From positions 3,645 through 67,644 of the forward strand of contig CAZHVY010000013.1 in assembly GCA_964536305.1 (NCBI GenBank): a stretch of DNA of 64,000 bases. The letters run 5' to 3'. Position numbers and translations under genes: made by a program. Positions 27,340 through 36,535 of this stretch are shown one piece after another. This DNA comes from an uncultured Geobacter sp. (GTDB lineage: Bacteria > Desulfobacterota > Desulfuromonadia > Geobacterales > Geobacteraceae). Numbering within the stretch: position 1 is the first letter of the stretch; every line of letters begins with the position of its first letter. The notes beneath the pieces were generated by a model. That model was not told the DNA's origin. It ran no database searches and saw nothing but the letters and a program-made list of their open reading frames with translations.

Positions 27340-28898
27340 GCCCGGCACTGGATATGGAATCGCTGGCCGCCCGTCTGGGACTCCCTTATCTGGACCGGAT
27401 TGAGGACAACGCAGTGGATGAGGCCCTTCTGGCTCGACTCCCGCTGGCCTTCGCCCGCGCCAATCACGTCATTCCCCTGCGGGAACAAGAGGGGAGGCTC
27501 CTGGTTGCCTGCGGCGATCCCGCTAATTTCGGGGCTCTGGATGAGATCAGGGGTGTATACGGAATGCCCGTTGATATGGTGGTCACCAATCCCCAGTCCG
27601 TGCTGGAGGCCGTTAACCACCTGTATTCCCGTCTGTCCGGCTCGGCCCAGGAAGTGGTGGAGGAACTGGAAGGAGAGGACCTTTCCACCATCGCCACCGA
27701 GCTCAGCGAGCCGAAGGACCTCCTGGACCTGACCGACGAGGCGCCGGTTATTCGCCTGCTTAATTCAATACTTTTCCAGGCGGTGAAGGAAAGGGCCAGC
27801 GACGTCCATATCGAGCCCTACGAGCGGGAAGTGGAGGTGCGCTTCCGCATTGACGGCATCCTCTACAAGATGCTCACCCCGCCCAAGGTTGTCCAGGAGG
27901 CGATGATCTCCCGCGTGAAGATCATGGCCGGCCTGAACATCGCCGAGAAGCGCCTTCCCCAGGACGGACGCATCCGGGTCGTGGTGGCGGGGCGTGACGT
28001 GGACATCCGCGTTTCCATCATCCCGACCTTTTACGGAGAGCGGGTGGTCCTCCGTCTCCTGGACAAGAAGAAGGGGCTCATCTCCCTGGAAGATATGGGC
28101 GTGTCCGCCTCCGGCGTGAAGACCATGGAACGTCTCCTGGCCCGCAGCAACGGCATCATCCTCGTCACCGGCCCGACCGGCAGCGGCAAGTCCACGACCC
28201 TTTATGCCGCCCTGAACCGTCTCAACTCTCCGGAGAAGAATATCATCACCATCGAGGACCCCATCGAATACCAGTTGAAGGGGATCGGCCAGATACAGGT
28301 GAATCCCAGGATCGACCTGACATTCGCCAGCGGCCTCCGCTCCATCCTCCGCCAGGACCCGGACATCATCATGGTGGGCGAGATCCGGGACGCCGAGACC
28401 GCGGAAATAGCCATCCAGGCCAGCCTCACCGGACACCTGGTCCTTTCGACCCTGCATACCAATGATTCGCCAACCGCCGTCAGCCGTCTCGCGGACATGG
28501 GCATCGAGCCGTTTCTCGTGGCCTCTTCCCTGTCGGCCGTTCTCGCCCAGCGGCTTGTGAGGGTGATCTGCCCCTCGTGCCGCGAGGAGTACGTTCCGGA
28601 TCGCTCCTATCCGGGCATTGACCTGCCGCCCAGGCTCTACCGGGGCAGGGGTTGCGATGCCTGCTTCGGTCTGGGGACCCTGGGCCGCACCGGGATCTAC
28701 GAGCTTCTGCTGATAGATTCGGAGATCTGCTCCATGATCATCCGGAGGGCGCCCGCCGGTGAGATCAAGGAATACGCCGTTTCCAGGGGGATGAAGACCC
28801 TGCGGGAGGATGGCCTGGAAAAGGCGGCCGCCGGTATTACCACCATCGAGGAAGTAGTGAGGGTTACGCAGGAAGATTATGCCGACCTTTCGTTATAG
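27336..28898 (+). CDS. gspE: type II secretion ATPase GspE
   Basis: Walker A GPTGSGKST; Asp/His boxes; tetracysteine CPSC...CDAC; ATGA overlap with gspD. Confidence 0.97.
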   Translation: MSPALDMESLAARLGLPYLDRIEDNAVDEALLARLPLAFARANHVIPLREQEGRLLVACGDPANFGALDEIRGVYGMPVDMVVTNPQSVLEAVNHLYSRLSGSAQEVVEELEGEDLSTIATELSEPKDLLDLTDEAPVIRLLNSILFQAVKERASDVHIEPYEREVEVRFRIDGILYKMLTPPKVVQEAMISRVKIMAGLNIAEKRLPQDGRIRVVVAGRDVDIRVSIIPTFYGERVVLRLLDKKKGLISLEDMGVSASGVKTMERLLARSNGIILVTGPTGSGKSTTLYAALNRLNSPEKNIITIEDPIEYQLKGIGQIQVNPRIDLTFASGLRSILRQDPDIIMVGEIRDAETAEIAIQASLTGHLVLSTLHTNDSPTAVSRLADMGIEPFLVASSLSAVLAQRLVRVICPSCREEYVPDRSYPGIDLPPRLYRGRGCDACFGLGTLGRTGIYELLLIDSEICSMIIRRAPAGEIKEYAVSRGMKTLREDGLEKAAAGITTIEEVVRVTQEDYADLSL

Positions 28899-30090
28899 CG
28901 CATTCAGGAGCGATGGGTCTCCAGTCACCGGTGTCCTCGAAGCGTCCAATTCCTTTGAGGCGCGGGCCGTTCTGAAGAAGGAAGGACTGTTTCCAAGGGA
29001 ACTGGCCGAGGCGGCAGCGTCCGATAAGCGGAAGGCGAAGAGTTTCCTCCGCAAGGGCGTTCCTCTGCCGGAGCTGGCTCTCATGACCCGGCGTCTCTCC
29101 ACCCTGCTGGGTTCTTCCGTGCCCGTGTACGAGGCCATCTCGACCCTTTACGATCAGGAAGGGGAGGGGGAGCTGAGGGAGGTGCTGGGCCGTGTCCGCA
29201 CCCGGCTCGCCGAGGGAGCGAACCTGGCCCGCTCCCTGGCCGAGGAACCGGCGGTGTTCAGCGAGAGCTATGTCAGCATGGTGGCCGCCGGCGAGGCGAG
29301 CGGCGCCCTGGAATCGATTCTGGATCGCCTGGCGGATTTTCTGGAAGATCAGGAGGCGGTCAGAGGCAAGGTAATGACGGCGCTTGCGTATCCCGCCCTC
29401 ATGGTTGTGGTGGGGACCGGGGTGATGCTCTTCCTTCTGGCCTTCGTCATCCCCAAGATCGTCGTCATCTTCGAACAGAACAAGGCGGCCCTGCCACTTA
29501 TTACGGTGATGCTTATCAAAACCAGTACCCTGCTGCGCACAGGGTGGTGGGCGATACTCATTGTCGCGGGCGGCCTCGTCTATTGGTATCGCAAGCTCGT
29601 CAGGCGGGAGACCTTCCGTTTCCGGCGTGATTCCTGGCTCCTCCGGATACCCCTCATGGGCCCTCTTCTGGCAAAGCTCACCCTTTCAAGGTTCTCGAGG
29701 ATCCTGGGTCTCCTCATGGCCAGTGGCGTGCCGGTTATCCGTGCCCTGGAGATCACCGGCGAGGTGGTGGTGAACCGCAGATACCGGACGGCCCTCGAGG
29801 AGGCCCGCGTGGAGCTGGCGGAGGGGGGTAGGCTTTCCACATCCCTGCGGGACAAGGAACTGTTTCCGCCTCTTCTGGTTCATATGGTTGCGGTCGGCGA
29901 GCGGGGCGGCACCCTTGAGGCCATGCTGGCAAAGGCAGGCGCGGCCTTCGAAAAAGAATTCGTAGCGGCTGTGACCCGTGTCATGTCGCTTCTGGAACCC
30001 CTGCTGGTACTGGCCATGGGCGTTGTGGTAGGGACCATGGTGATTGCGGTGCTCCTGCCTATCTTCCAGTTGAATCAATTGATTAAATAA
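28879..30090 (+). CDS. gspF: type II secretion inner-membrane platform protein GspF
   Basis: 403 aa with the duplicated GspF/PilC domain architecture and 3 TM segments. It overlaps the end of gspE. Confidence 0.93.
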   Translation: MPTFRYSAFRSDGSPVTGVLEASNSFEARAVLKKEGLFPRELAEAAASDKRKAKSFLRKGVPLPELALMTRRLSTLLGSSVPVYEAISTLYDQEGEGELREVLGRVRTRLAEGANLARSLAEEPAVFSESYVSMVAAGEASGALESILDRLADFLEDQEAVRGKVMTALAYPALMVVVGTGVMLFLLAFVIPKIVVIFEQNKAALPLITVMLIKTSTLLRTGWWAILIVAGGLVYWYRKLVRRETFRFRRDSWLLRIPLMGPLLAKLTLSRFSRILGLLMASGVPVIRALEITGEVVVNRRYRTALEEARVELAEGGRLSTSLRDKELFPPLLVHMVAVGERGGTLEAMLAKAGAAFEKEFVAAVTRVMSLLEPLLVLAMGVVVGTMVIAVLLPIFQLNQLIK

Positions 30091-30091
30091 T

Positions 30092-30234
30092 GTAACTATT
30101 CAATATATAGAATTTTCTGTCATTCCCGAGGCTGTTAATCGGGAATCCAGAAGGGTTTTCATTAGAAAGCCATGGATGCCCGACAAGTGCACTCGGGCGT
30201 GACAAATAGAATTTGCGAGATCATCAATAGTTAC
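30092..30234. repeat. GTAACTATTCA-bounded element containing two short hairpins
   Basis: gtaactattca (30092-30102) and tcaatagttac (30224-30234) flank attcccga-N9-tcgggaat and gcccga-N9-tcgggc hairpins (30117-30205). Same end motif as at 16716-16943. Confidence 0.7.
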
Positions 30235-30269
30235 TAGATAAATAAGCCTTTGCAAAAGTGCTGAAAAAT

Positions 30270-30474
30270 ACTCCCCCTCCCTTGATGGGAGGGGGTTGGG
30301 GGGAGGGTGAAAAGGGGCGGAATGCGATATTCCGGCAAGTTTCCCCCTCTCCCTGACCCTCTCCCACCAGGGGAGAGGGGACTTCCCCTCACCCGGCCTT
30401 CGTCCACCCTCCCGCTGGGAGAGGGTTCGCGCTTTTCCCCTCGCCCTGTGGGAGAGGGTCAGGGGTGAGGGGTG
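30270..30474. repeat. cluster of family-B G/C palindromic units in the gspF-gspG gap
   Basis: ctccccctcccttgatgggaggggg; ccctctcccaccaggggagaggg; cccctcacccggccttcgtccaccctcccgctgggagagggt...gggagagggtcaggggtgagggg (full unit 30382-30476). Confidence 0.8.
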
Positions 30475-30511
30475 ACAGTTGTAAACGCATCACAACAGAA
30501 GGAGGTTTTTC

Positions 30512-30958
30512 ATGAGGAATGCACTGAGGAGCAACGCCGGTTTTACCCTTATTGAAATAATGGTCGTCATCGTTATCCTGGGCATGCTGGCGGTGCTGGT
30601 GGGGCCGAAGATCATCGGCCAGACCGATGACGCCAAGATCGCTGACGCCAAGGTCCAGATAAAGAACCTGGAGACGGCGCTGAAGCTCTACAAACTTGAC
30701 AACGGCGTCTATCCCGGCACCGAACAGGGCCTTCAGGCCCTGGTGGAGAAACCGGGTACGGGTGTTATTCCAAAGAAATACCGGGATGGTGGCTATCTGG
30801 AAAGCAAGAACGTTCCCAAGGATCCGTGGGGTAACGACTATATCTATCTCTCCCCCGGCGAGCACGGCGACTTCGACCTTTCCTCCCACGGGCCGGACGG
30901 CGTGAGAGGTGGGGAAGGCAAGAACGCGGCGGATATCGAGAGCTGGAATCTTCAGTAG
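30512..30958 (+). CDS. gspG: type II secretion major pseudopilin GspG
   Basis: Prepilin leader plus GFTLIEIMVVIVILG; the GspG-specific KDPWGNDYIY motif; GGAGG SD. Confidence 0.95.
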   Translation: MRNALRSNAGFTLIEIMVVIVILGMLAVLVGPKIIGQTDDAKIADAKVQIKNLETALKLYKLDNGVYPGTEQGLQALVEKPGTGVIPKKYRDGGYLESKNVPKDPWGNDYIYLSPGEHGDFDLSSHGPDGVRGGEGKNAADIESWNLQ

Positions 30959-31012
30959 ATGTGTCCCGTTCAACATGAATGCAGCGCTCTGTAACGCTGA
31001 TTCTTTTGAGTC

Positions 31013-31192
31013 TAACCCCTCCCAACCTCCCCTTCTCAGGGGAGGCTTAAAGGCTTCCCTTGAGAAGGGGGGACTGAGGGGGGGTGGTGTTACGTGTTGG
31101 TCCCTGTTCTCCCCCCTCGACCGGCCTTCGGAGAGGTCCAGGTTTTCACCCCTCGCCCCTTGTGGGAGAGGGGCGGGGGAGAGGGGGAAAAG
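31013..31192. repeat. family-A unit (31013-31100) plus family-B unit (31107-31192) in the gspG-gspH gap
   Basis: The A unit is nearly identical to 54918-55002. The B unit reads ccggccttcgg...cccctcgccccttgtgggagaggggcggggg. Confidence 0.8.
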
Positions 31193-31259
31193 AGCCCTCT
31201 TGACTTCAGATCGCAATTTGCATAACCGTCCTGAGTGGCGGACAGGGGATAACCACTCT

Positions 31260-31835
31260 TTGATTGGGACCAGGAGAATCAAGACCGCGGGCTTCACCCT
31301 GATAGAACTGGTGGTGGTGATAACCATCCTTTCCGTGGCGGCCCTGCTGGTGGTTCCGCGACTGCCGTTCAGTGACGAGGGCGACCTGAAGACCTCGGCC
31401 CGCTCGCTGGCCGGAACCATCCGGTACCTCCAGGACATGGCCATCTCCACAAAGCAGTATTACCGTCTTCGCATCACACTGCTGGACGGCGCGCTGCGGG
31501 TTACCCGCCTCCTTCCCGACGACGAAGAGGCGGAGGTCACCGACAGTCTGCTCCGCAATCTTTCCCTCAAGGAAGGGATCGGTTTTGCCGATGTCACCTC
31601 CTCCCGTCTCGGGAAGATTACCGAGGGGGAGGCTGTCCTGGATTTCAGTCCACTGGGCGCCGATGATTTTCTTCTTTTCCACCTGAAAACAGAGGACGGC
31701 GACCGCTTCTATACCGTGGCGGTCTATCCCGGCAGCGGCCGGGTGGAACTGGCGGAGAGCTACACCGAGGGGGTCCTTTCCGGTACGGACCAGGACAGGG
31801 TTTTCTCCCTGGAGGAGAAGGAGGAGGTCCGTTGA
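31260..31835 (+). CDS. gspH: type II secretion minor pseudopilin GspH
   Basis: AGFTLIELVVVITILSVAALL prepilin N-terminus. The TTG at 31260 gives an 11-residue leader. The track ORF start at 30909 lies inside gspG and reads through the repeats. Confidence 0.7.
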   Translation: MIGTRRIKTAGFTLIELVVVITILSVAALLVVPRLPFSDEGDLKTSARSLAGTIRYLQDMAISTKQYYRLRITLLDGALRVTRLLPDDEEAEVTDSLLRNLSLKEGIGFADVTSSRLGKITEGEAVLDFSPLGADDFLLFHLKTEDGDRFYTVAVYPGSGRVELAESYTEGVLSGTDQDRVFSLEEKEEVR

Positions 31836-32185
31836 GAGGCTTTACCCTGCTGGAGGTGATGGTGTCCCTGGCGATCATGGCTGGGGTCGTGCTTACCGTG
31901 ATCTCCGCGGTAAATTACCATCTGGCCATTGCGTCCCGCGACCGGGAGGAGACCATAGCGATTCTCCTGGCAAGGGCAAAGATGGAGGAACTGGATATTC
32001 CCGACAACGGAGAAGATGCCCGCAAAACCGAGGGGACATTCGGGCCGGAATGGCCGGATTACTCCTGGAAGACGGCGACCGCGACCACTGCCGTGCCGGG
32101 ATTCAGGAGTGTGACCGTCACGGTGAGCTGGAGCGGCGACAGGAGAACGCTTTCCCTTGAAAAATATCAGGCCAACAAGGACTAG
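31832..32185 (+). CDS. gspI: type II secretion minor pseudopilin GspI
   Basis: (M)RGFTLLEVMVSLAIMAGVVL. TTG start overlapping the gspH stop, preceded by GAAGGAGGAGG. Confidence 0.8.
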   Translation: MRGFTLLEVMVSLAIMAGVVLTVISAVNYHLAIASRDREETIAILLARAKMEELDIPDNGEDARKTEGTFGPEWPDYSWKTATATTAVPGFRSVTVTVSWSGDRRTLSLEKYQANKD

Positions 32186-32810
32186 CGAGGGGTGGCCGCG
32201 CCGTGGAGACGAAGGCGGCTTTACGCTCATAGAGCTTCTGATTGCCATGGTCCTGCTGGTCCTCCTCAGCATTGCCCTCTACGGCACGTTTTTTTCGGTG
32301 ATGCGCGGGACCACTGCGGTCAGGGAGCGCGGCGAACCCTTGCGCGACGCGAGAATTACCCTGGACATGCTGCGCAGGGAACTCTCCTCCGTTTACTTTG
32401 CCAAGGGCAAGGAACGGTTCCGTTTTCTTGTGGAGGACAGGGATGTCTTCGGGATGCATGCCTCAGTCCTTGAATTCTCCTGCTTTACGGTTCCGGCTAG
32501 CGGCAGCGTCCCTTCATCGGACATCATGCGCGCGCGTTACGAGCCACTGGAGCAGGCCGGAGACAAAATCATTCTCACCCGCAGGACAAGAGACGTTTTC
32601 GTGGAGGGTAAACCGGTTTCCTATCCCCTTACGGGTATCATAGATGGTTTTCTCGTGGAGTGTTATGACGGGGAATCCTGGGTCAAGAGCTGGGACACGG
32701 AATTGAACGGCAAGTTGCCGGGCGCCATCCGTGTCAGCGTCTTCCTGCCGGGCGAGGACGAGAAAACACCCCTTACCGCTGTCATAATTCCGAGGATGGC
32801 CGGGTCATGA
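32157..32810 (+). CDS. gspJ: type II secretion minor pseudopilin GspJ
   Basis: GFTLIELLIAMVLLVLLSIAL. The TTG at 32157 is the only in-frame start before the prepilin motif. Confidence 0.75.
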   Translation: MKNIRPTRTSEGWPRRGDEGGFTLIELLIAMVLLVLLSIALYGTFFSVMRGTTAVRERGEPLRDARITLDMLRRELSSVYFAKGKERFRFLVEDRDVFGMHASVLEFSCFTVPASGSVPSSDIMRARYEPLEQAGDKIILTRRTRDVFVEGKPVSYPLTGIIDGFLVECYDGESWVKSWDTELNGKLPGAIRVSVFLPGEDEKTPLTAVIIPRMAGS

Positions 32811-33733
32811 AAGGTGAAAAGGGCTTTGCCCTGGTCATAACCCTCATCGTGTCCGCGCTCCTGGTGGCGGTTACCGGAGAGTTCGTCCATGATGTCTTTA
32901 TCGATACTTCTCTGCGCCAGAGCTTTGCCGATGCCCAGCAGGCGGGCCTTGCCGCAGCCTCGGGCGCGGAGGTCGCGATGAAGCTCCTGAGCGCTTCCCT
33001 GAAAAGGAATGAATATACCTCTCTTAATGACCAGTGGGCGACCCCACAGAAGCTCGAAGACGAAAAAGGGACCCTTACCGTTACCATCACCGAAGAGACG
33101 GGGAAGCTGGATCTCAATTCCGTCGTCTTTGCCAATGGAACCGTAAATGAGCCGTATTACGAGATTCTAAAGAGACTCCTGGAAAGCCTTAAACTGTCAC
33201 CGGACCTGGCGGACAAACTGGCGGACTGGGTCGACGCCGACGATATCCCCCGCTCCAGGGGCGCCGAAACCGGGTACTACAAATCGCTGACGCCTCCGCT
33301 CGAGCCGGCCAACGCGCCGCTGATTACCTATGAAGAGCTGCGGATGGCATCCGGTTTCAGCGAGGCGATACTGACGAAGCTCTTTCCTTACGTGACCATA
33401 TACGGAGACGCCGAGGGGGGGATGGCTTCCAAGGTGAACATCAATACCGCCCCGGCGGAACTGCTGGCCGTTCTCGACCCTGCAATGACAACTGAGCTGG
33501 CGGGCCGTATCATCGACTACAGGAAAAAGACGCCCATCAAAAACGCGGCGGAGGTAGCGGGAATATCCGGGATGGAAACGGTGGGGATTGCCCTCCAGGG
33601 GAAGATCGTTGTGAAGGGGAGCGTGTTCCGCATCCAGTCCCGCGCCCAGGTGGGTGATACCGTCCGCATTGTGGAAGCGGTGGTCAGGACCGGGGATTCA
33701 CAGACAAAGGTTCTGTATTGGAGAGAATTGTAA
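32807..33733 (+). CDS. gspK: type II secretion minor pseudopilin GspK
   Basis: GFALVITLIVSALLVAV N-terminus, ~300 aa, helix-hairpin-helix-like region (INTAPAELLAVL). ATGA overlap with gspJ. Confidence 0.85.
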   Translation: MKGEKGFALVITLIVSALLVAVTGEFVHDVFIDTSLRQSFADAQQAGLAAASGAEVAMKLLSASLKRNEYTSLNDQWATPQKLEDEKGTLTVTITEETGKLDLNSVVFANGTVNEPYYEILKRLLESLKLSPDLADKLADWVDADDIPRSRGAETGYYKSLTPPLEPANAPLITYEELRMASGFSEAILTKLFPYVTIYGDAEGGMASKVNINTAPAELLAVLDPAMTTELAGRIIDYRKKTPIKNAAEVAGISGMETVGIALQGKIVVKGSVFRIQSRAQVGDTVRIVEAVVRTGDSQTKVLYWREL

Positions 33734-35064
33734 TGGATATCCTGATTATTGAAGAAGGTCGGGGCCACATCGGGTTCGCAAGGTTTCAGAAACGGGGCGG
33801 CGCTCTCTTCTTTCAGGGCGCCGACCGTTGTTCACGGGAAGACCGGGAATCCCGCGATGGATTTCTTGAGGGACTGGCCGGCGCCGCCGGAGACGGGGAT
33901 GATATCATCCTCTCCCTGGACCCTGGAAAGTTTTTCTTTCGCGAAGTGGAGCTGCCGATACCGGACCGCCGCAAGCAGCGGGAGGTGCTTCCCCTGGAGT
34001 TGAAGGGGGAGACCGCCCTGGACACGGAAGGCCTGGTTTTTGACGCGCTCCCGGCGCGGGACGGCAAGGTCTTTGCCGTATGGGCCGCCCGTGAGGTGCT
34101 GTCCGCCAGGATCGGCCAGTTGAAAGAGGCGGGCCTGGAGCCGAGAATCGCCGGTTCTTCACTCTTCTCCTGGAACATGCTTGTTCCGGAAACCACGGCG
34201 GACGGGGTCGCGGCCATCAGCGACGGGTTTTCCCTCGCGGTCTTCGCGGGGGGACAGCCGGTCCTGTTCCGCGCCCTGGGCGAGGGAGACGCCGTGGAAG
34301 AGATAGCCCGCACCCTGGCGCTCCTTGAGGCCGGCAGGGGGATCAGCGTGGAGCGGGTTTTCCTCCACGGATGCGCGGTGGGCGAAAGCTCCCGGATTCC
34401 TTCCGGCGCCGCGCGGGGGATCGTCTTCGAACCCCTTCCGGTTTCCGGGGAACTGGCGGCGTCGTTTCCCGGCGGGGGAACCGCCCTGGAACACGCCGGG
34501 GCGTGGGCGCTGGCGCACTCTGCCCTGAAGGGCGAGCCTCTGAATTTCCGGCACGGCCCACTTGCTTATACGGCGGGCCGGGAGCTTCTTAAAAGAAAAC
34601 TGCGCCTGACGGCGCTACTGGCCGGGCTTCTGCTGCTGCTGCTTATGGGAGAAACGGGGCTTCGCTTCTATTTTGTCCACCGTGACCTCTCTTCACTGAA
34701 CAAATCCATCGGCCAGATATACCGGGAGGTCTTTCCCGGCAGAAAGAAGGCGGTGGACGAGGTGTCCGAACTGAAGTCCGAGATCCGACGTCTGGGAGGC
34801 GGGGTGTCATCCCGGAATCTGCTTCCGGCCATGAACGGCATCGCCCTGGCCAAAGGAGAGGATATCGGCGGCGCCTATGAGCTGGAGATCGAAGGGCAAC
34901 AGGTCGTCCTGAAGGGAGACGCCCGCTCCTACCAGGCCGTGAATGATTTCAAGACCCGGCTTGCCGGGCTCTTTACCTCTTCGGAGGTGAGCGAGGTGAA
35001 ATCCAGGCCGGACGGTAGCGTTTCGTTTTCCTTCCGGGGAACCCTCGCGGAGGAAACGAAATGA
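33733..35064 (+). CDS. gspL: type II secretion protein GspL (cytoplasmic actin-like domain, TM, periplasmic domain)
   Basis: Position; single TM LTALLAGLLLLLLMG about two-thirds of the way in. The ATG at 33733 (TAATG overlap, GGAGAG SD) is preferred over the TTG at 33718. Confidence 0.65.
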   Translation: MDILIIEEGRGHIGFARFQKRGGALFFQGADRCSREDRESRDGFLEGLAGAAGDGDDIILSLDPGKFFFREVELPIPDRRKQREVLPLELKGETALDTEGLVFDALPARDGKVFAVWAAREVLSARIGQLKEAGLEPRIAGSSLFSWNMLVPETTADGVAAISDGFSLAVFAGGQPVLFRALGEGDAVEEIARTLALLEAGRGISVERVFLHGCAVGESSRIPSGAARGIVFEPLPVSGELAASFPGGGTALEHAGAWALAHSALKGEPLNFRHGPLAYTAGRELLKRKLRLTALLAGLLLLLLMGETGLRFYFVHRDLSSLNKSIGQIYREVFPGRKKAVDEVSELKSEIRRLGGGVSSRNLLPAMNGIALAKGEDIGGAYELEIEGQQVVLKGDARSYQAVNDFKTRLAGLFTSSEVSEVKSRPDGSVSFSFRGTLAEETK

Positions 35065-35609
35065 AATACCTGAACCTTCTCAAAGAGCGCTACGAGAGCA
35101 TGGGGCAGCGGGAGCGTCTCGTCTGGGGCGCCGGTATAGCAGCGGTCCTGCTGCTTCTCATCCTCTTCACTGCCGCAAATGAGCGGATTGCCTCCATGGA
35201 AAAAAAGCGCAAGGCCAGGGAGTCGGATCTGGTGGAGATGATGAGTCTGAAACATCGCTATCTGACTGCTAAGATGACGTCCACGCAGTTCGCCGGACGG
35301 CTTGCGGCTGTACGTCCCGATGATTCGCCCGCCAGGATCATTGATGAGACGGGGATAAAGGGTAAATCAAGCCGCGTTACCCCTCTGCAAGGAGAGGATC
35401 GTGAAGGTTTTACCGAAGATGCCGCCGAGGTGAAACTGGAAGGCCTAAGCGCAAACGAGGCCGTGAACCTCCTCTACCGGCTGGAGAATGGAGACAGACC
35501 TGTTGTCGTAAAGAAGGCGAATGTGAAGACCCGGTTCGATGATCCGGCGCGTCTTGACCTGACGCTGGTAATCGCCCTTCTGAAGGCGGCGCCCCAGGGG
35601 CCGAAGTGA
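35061..35609 (+). CDS. gspM: type II secretion protein GspM
   Basis: 182 aa with N-terminal TM WGAGIAAVLLLLILF. ATGA overlap with gspL. Called on synteny. Confidence 0.65.
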   Translation: MKYLNLLKERYESMGQRERLVWGAGIAAVLLLLILFTAANERIASMEKKRKARESDLVEMMSLKHRYLTAKMTSTQFAGRLAAVRPDDSPARIIDETGIKGKSSRVTPLQGEDREGFTEDAAEVKLEGLSANEAVNLLYRLENGDRPVVVKKANVKTRFDDPARLDLTLVIALLKAAPQGPK

Positions 35610-36445
35610 GAACAAAAGCCATTCTGAAGATATGCTGCTGCGCCGCCGGAGCGCTTCTGCTCTTTCCCCTCCTTGCCATCCATTTTGTTCCCGCCTCGCA
35701 GATAGAGGGGGCGCTTGTCAGGGGGCTTGAAAGGCAGGGGTATGCCTTTCGCGCGGACGGTTTCCGCAAGTCGTTTCCACTGGGAATCAAGGTGAAAAAC
35801 GCGCAACTGGGCGACCGGCGTGGTGTCCTGCTGAAGCTGGACCGCGCGTCGGCGCGCATCAAGATACTTCCCCTCTTCATCGGCAGGGTTGCGGTGGCTT
35901 TCCGGGGCGAGATTGGGAAAGGAGAGTTCCGTTTGGGTTACCAGCCCCGGAGCGGCGCCCTTTCCATCCAGGGATCGGGAATCCGCCTGGAGGATATCCC
36001 CTTCTTCCCGACCGCCACCGGCGCCCATGTGAAGGGCGGTCTCTTTGTGGACGGGTCTTTCAGCGGTAAAGGGAGCAGGATGCGGGGGGCGGTAAAGCTG
36101 GATGTGCGGAACGCCGAGGTGAGTTCCATCAAGATTGGCGGGATGCCGCTGCCGGACGCCTCCTATTCCTCCGTCAGGGGCATGTTCAGGGCCGTGGAAG
36201 GAAAGGGGAGGCTCGAGAGCCTTACCTTCCAGGGCGCCGGGATCTATTCCAGGCTGAGCGGTACGCTGCCCGTTTCCGGCCAATTGGCCAACGCGCCCCT
36301 TGATCTGACCCTGGAGCTGATGCCGAAACCGGATTTTCTCGAGCGGCAGAAGTTCGTATTCATGCTTCTCTCCCGGTACCAGGCCAGCCCCGGCTCTTAC
36401 CGCATCCCGGTAAAAGGGTCGCTGTCGAAGCCCGTCATCCAGTAG
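35606..36445 (+). CDS. gspN: type II secretion protein GspN-like
   Basis: 279 aa with an N-terminal TM. GTGA overlap with gspM. Last gene of the operon. Called on synteny and size. Confidence 0.55.
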   Translation: MRTKAILKICCCAAGALLLFPLLAIHFVPASQIEGALVRGLERQGYAFRADGFRKSFPLGIKVKNAQLGDRRGVLLKLDRASARIKILPLFIGRVAVAFRGEIGKGEFRLGYQPRSGALSIQGSGIRLEDIPFFPTATGAHVKGGLFVDGSFSGKGSRMRGAVKLDVRNAEVSSIKIGGMPLPDASYSSVRGMFRAVEGKGRLESLTFQGAGIYSRLSGTLPVSGQLANAPLDLTLELMPKPDFLERQKFVFMLLSRYQASPGSYRIPVKGSLSKPVIQ

Positions 36446-36455
36446 CCATGAAAAC

Positions 36456-36500
36456 GGCGGTTGAAGTCATCCGGAGTGAATATGGATGTCTTCAACCGCC
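36456..36500. terminator. hairpin between the convergent gspN and bamD
   Basis: 11-bp stem ggcggttgaag / cttcaaccgcc with a 23-nt loop. Confidence 0.35.
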
Positions 36501-36535
36501 TTATCTATGGCAAACCTTCGCTACGAGCGTCGAAC

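Noticed and set aside
26362-27348. 328-aa minus-strand ORF
   Set aside because: It is antisense to the secretin gene gspD and has no independent support.
16768-31192. Possibility that the G/C-rich palindromic repeats form a CRISPR array
   Set aside because: The copies are dispersed over different loci and lack regular repeat-spacer periodicity. They are internally palindromic with variable composite structure, and no cas genes are present.
30909-31259. Long N-terminal extension of gspH from the track start at 30909
   Set aside because: That start lies inside gspG and the extension translates the A/B repeats. A prepilin leader must be short, so the TTG at 31260 fits.
30389-31450. 353-aa minus-strand ORF spanning gspG and both repeat-filled gaps
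   Set aside because: It reads through palindromic repeats, giving PLSPAPLPQGARG-type repeat-derived peptides, and is antisense to a bona fide gspG. It is an artefact.
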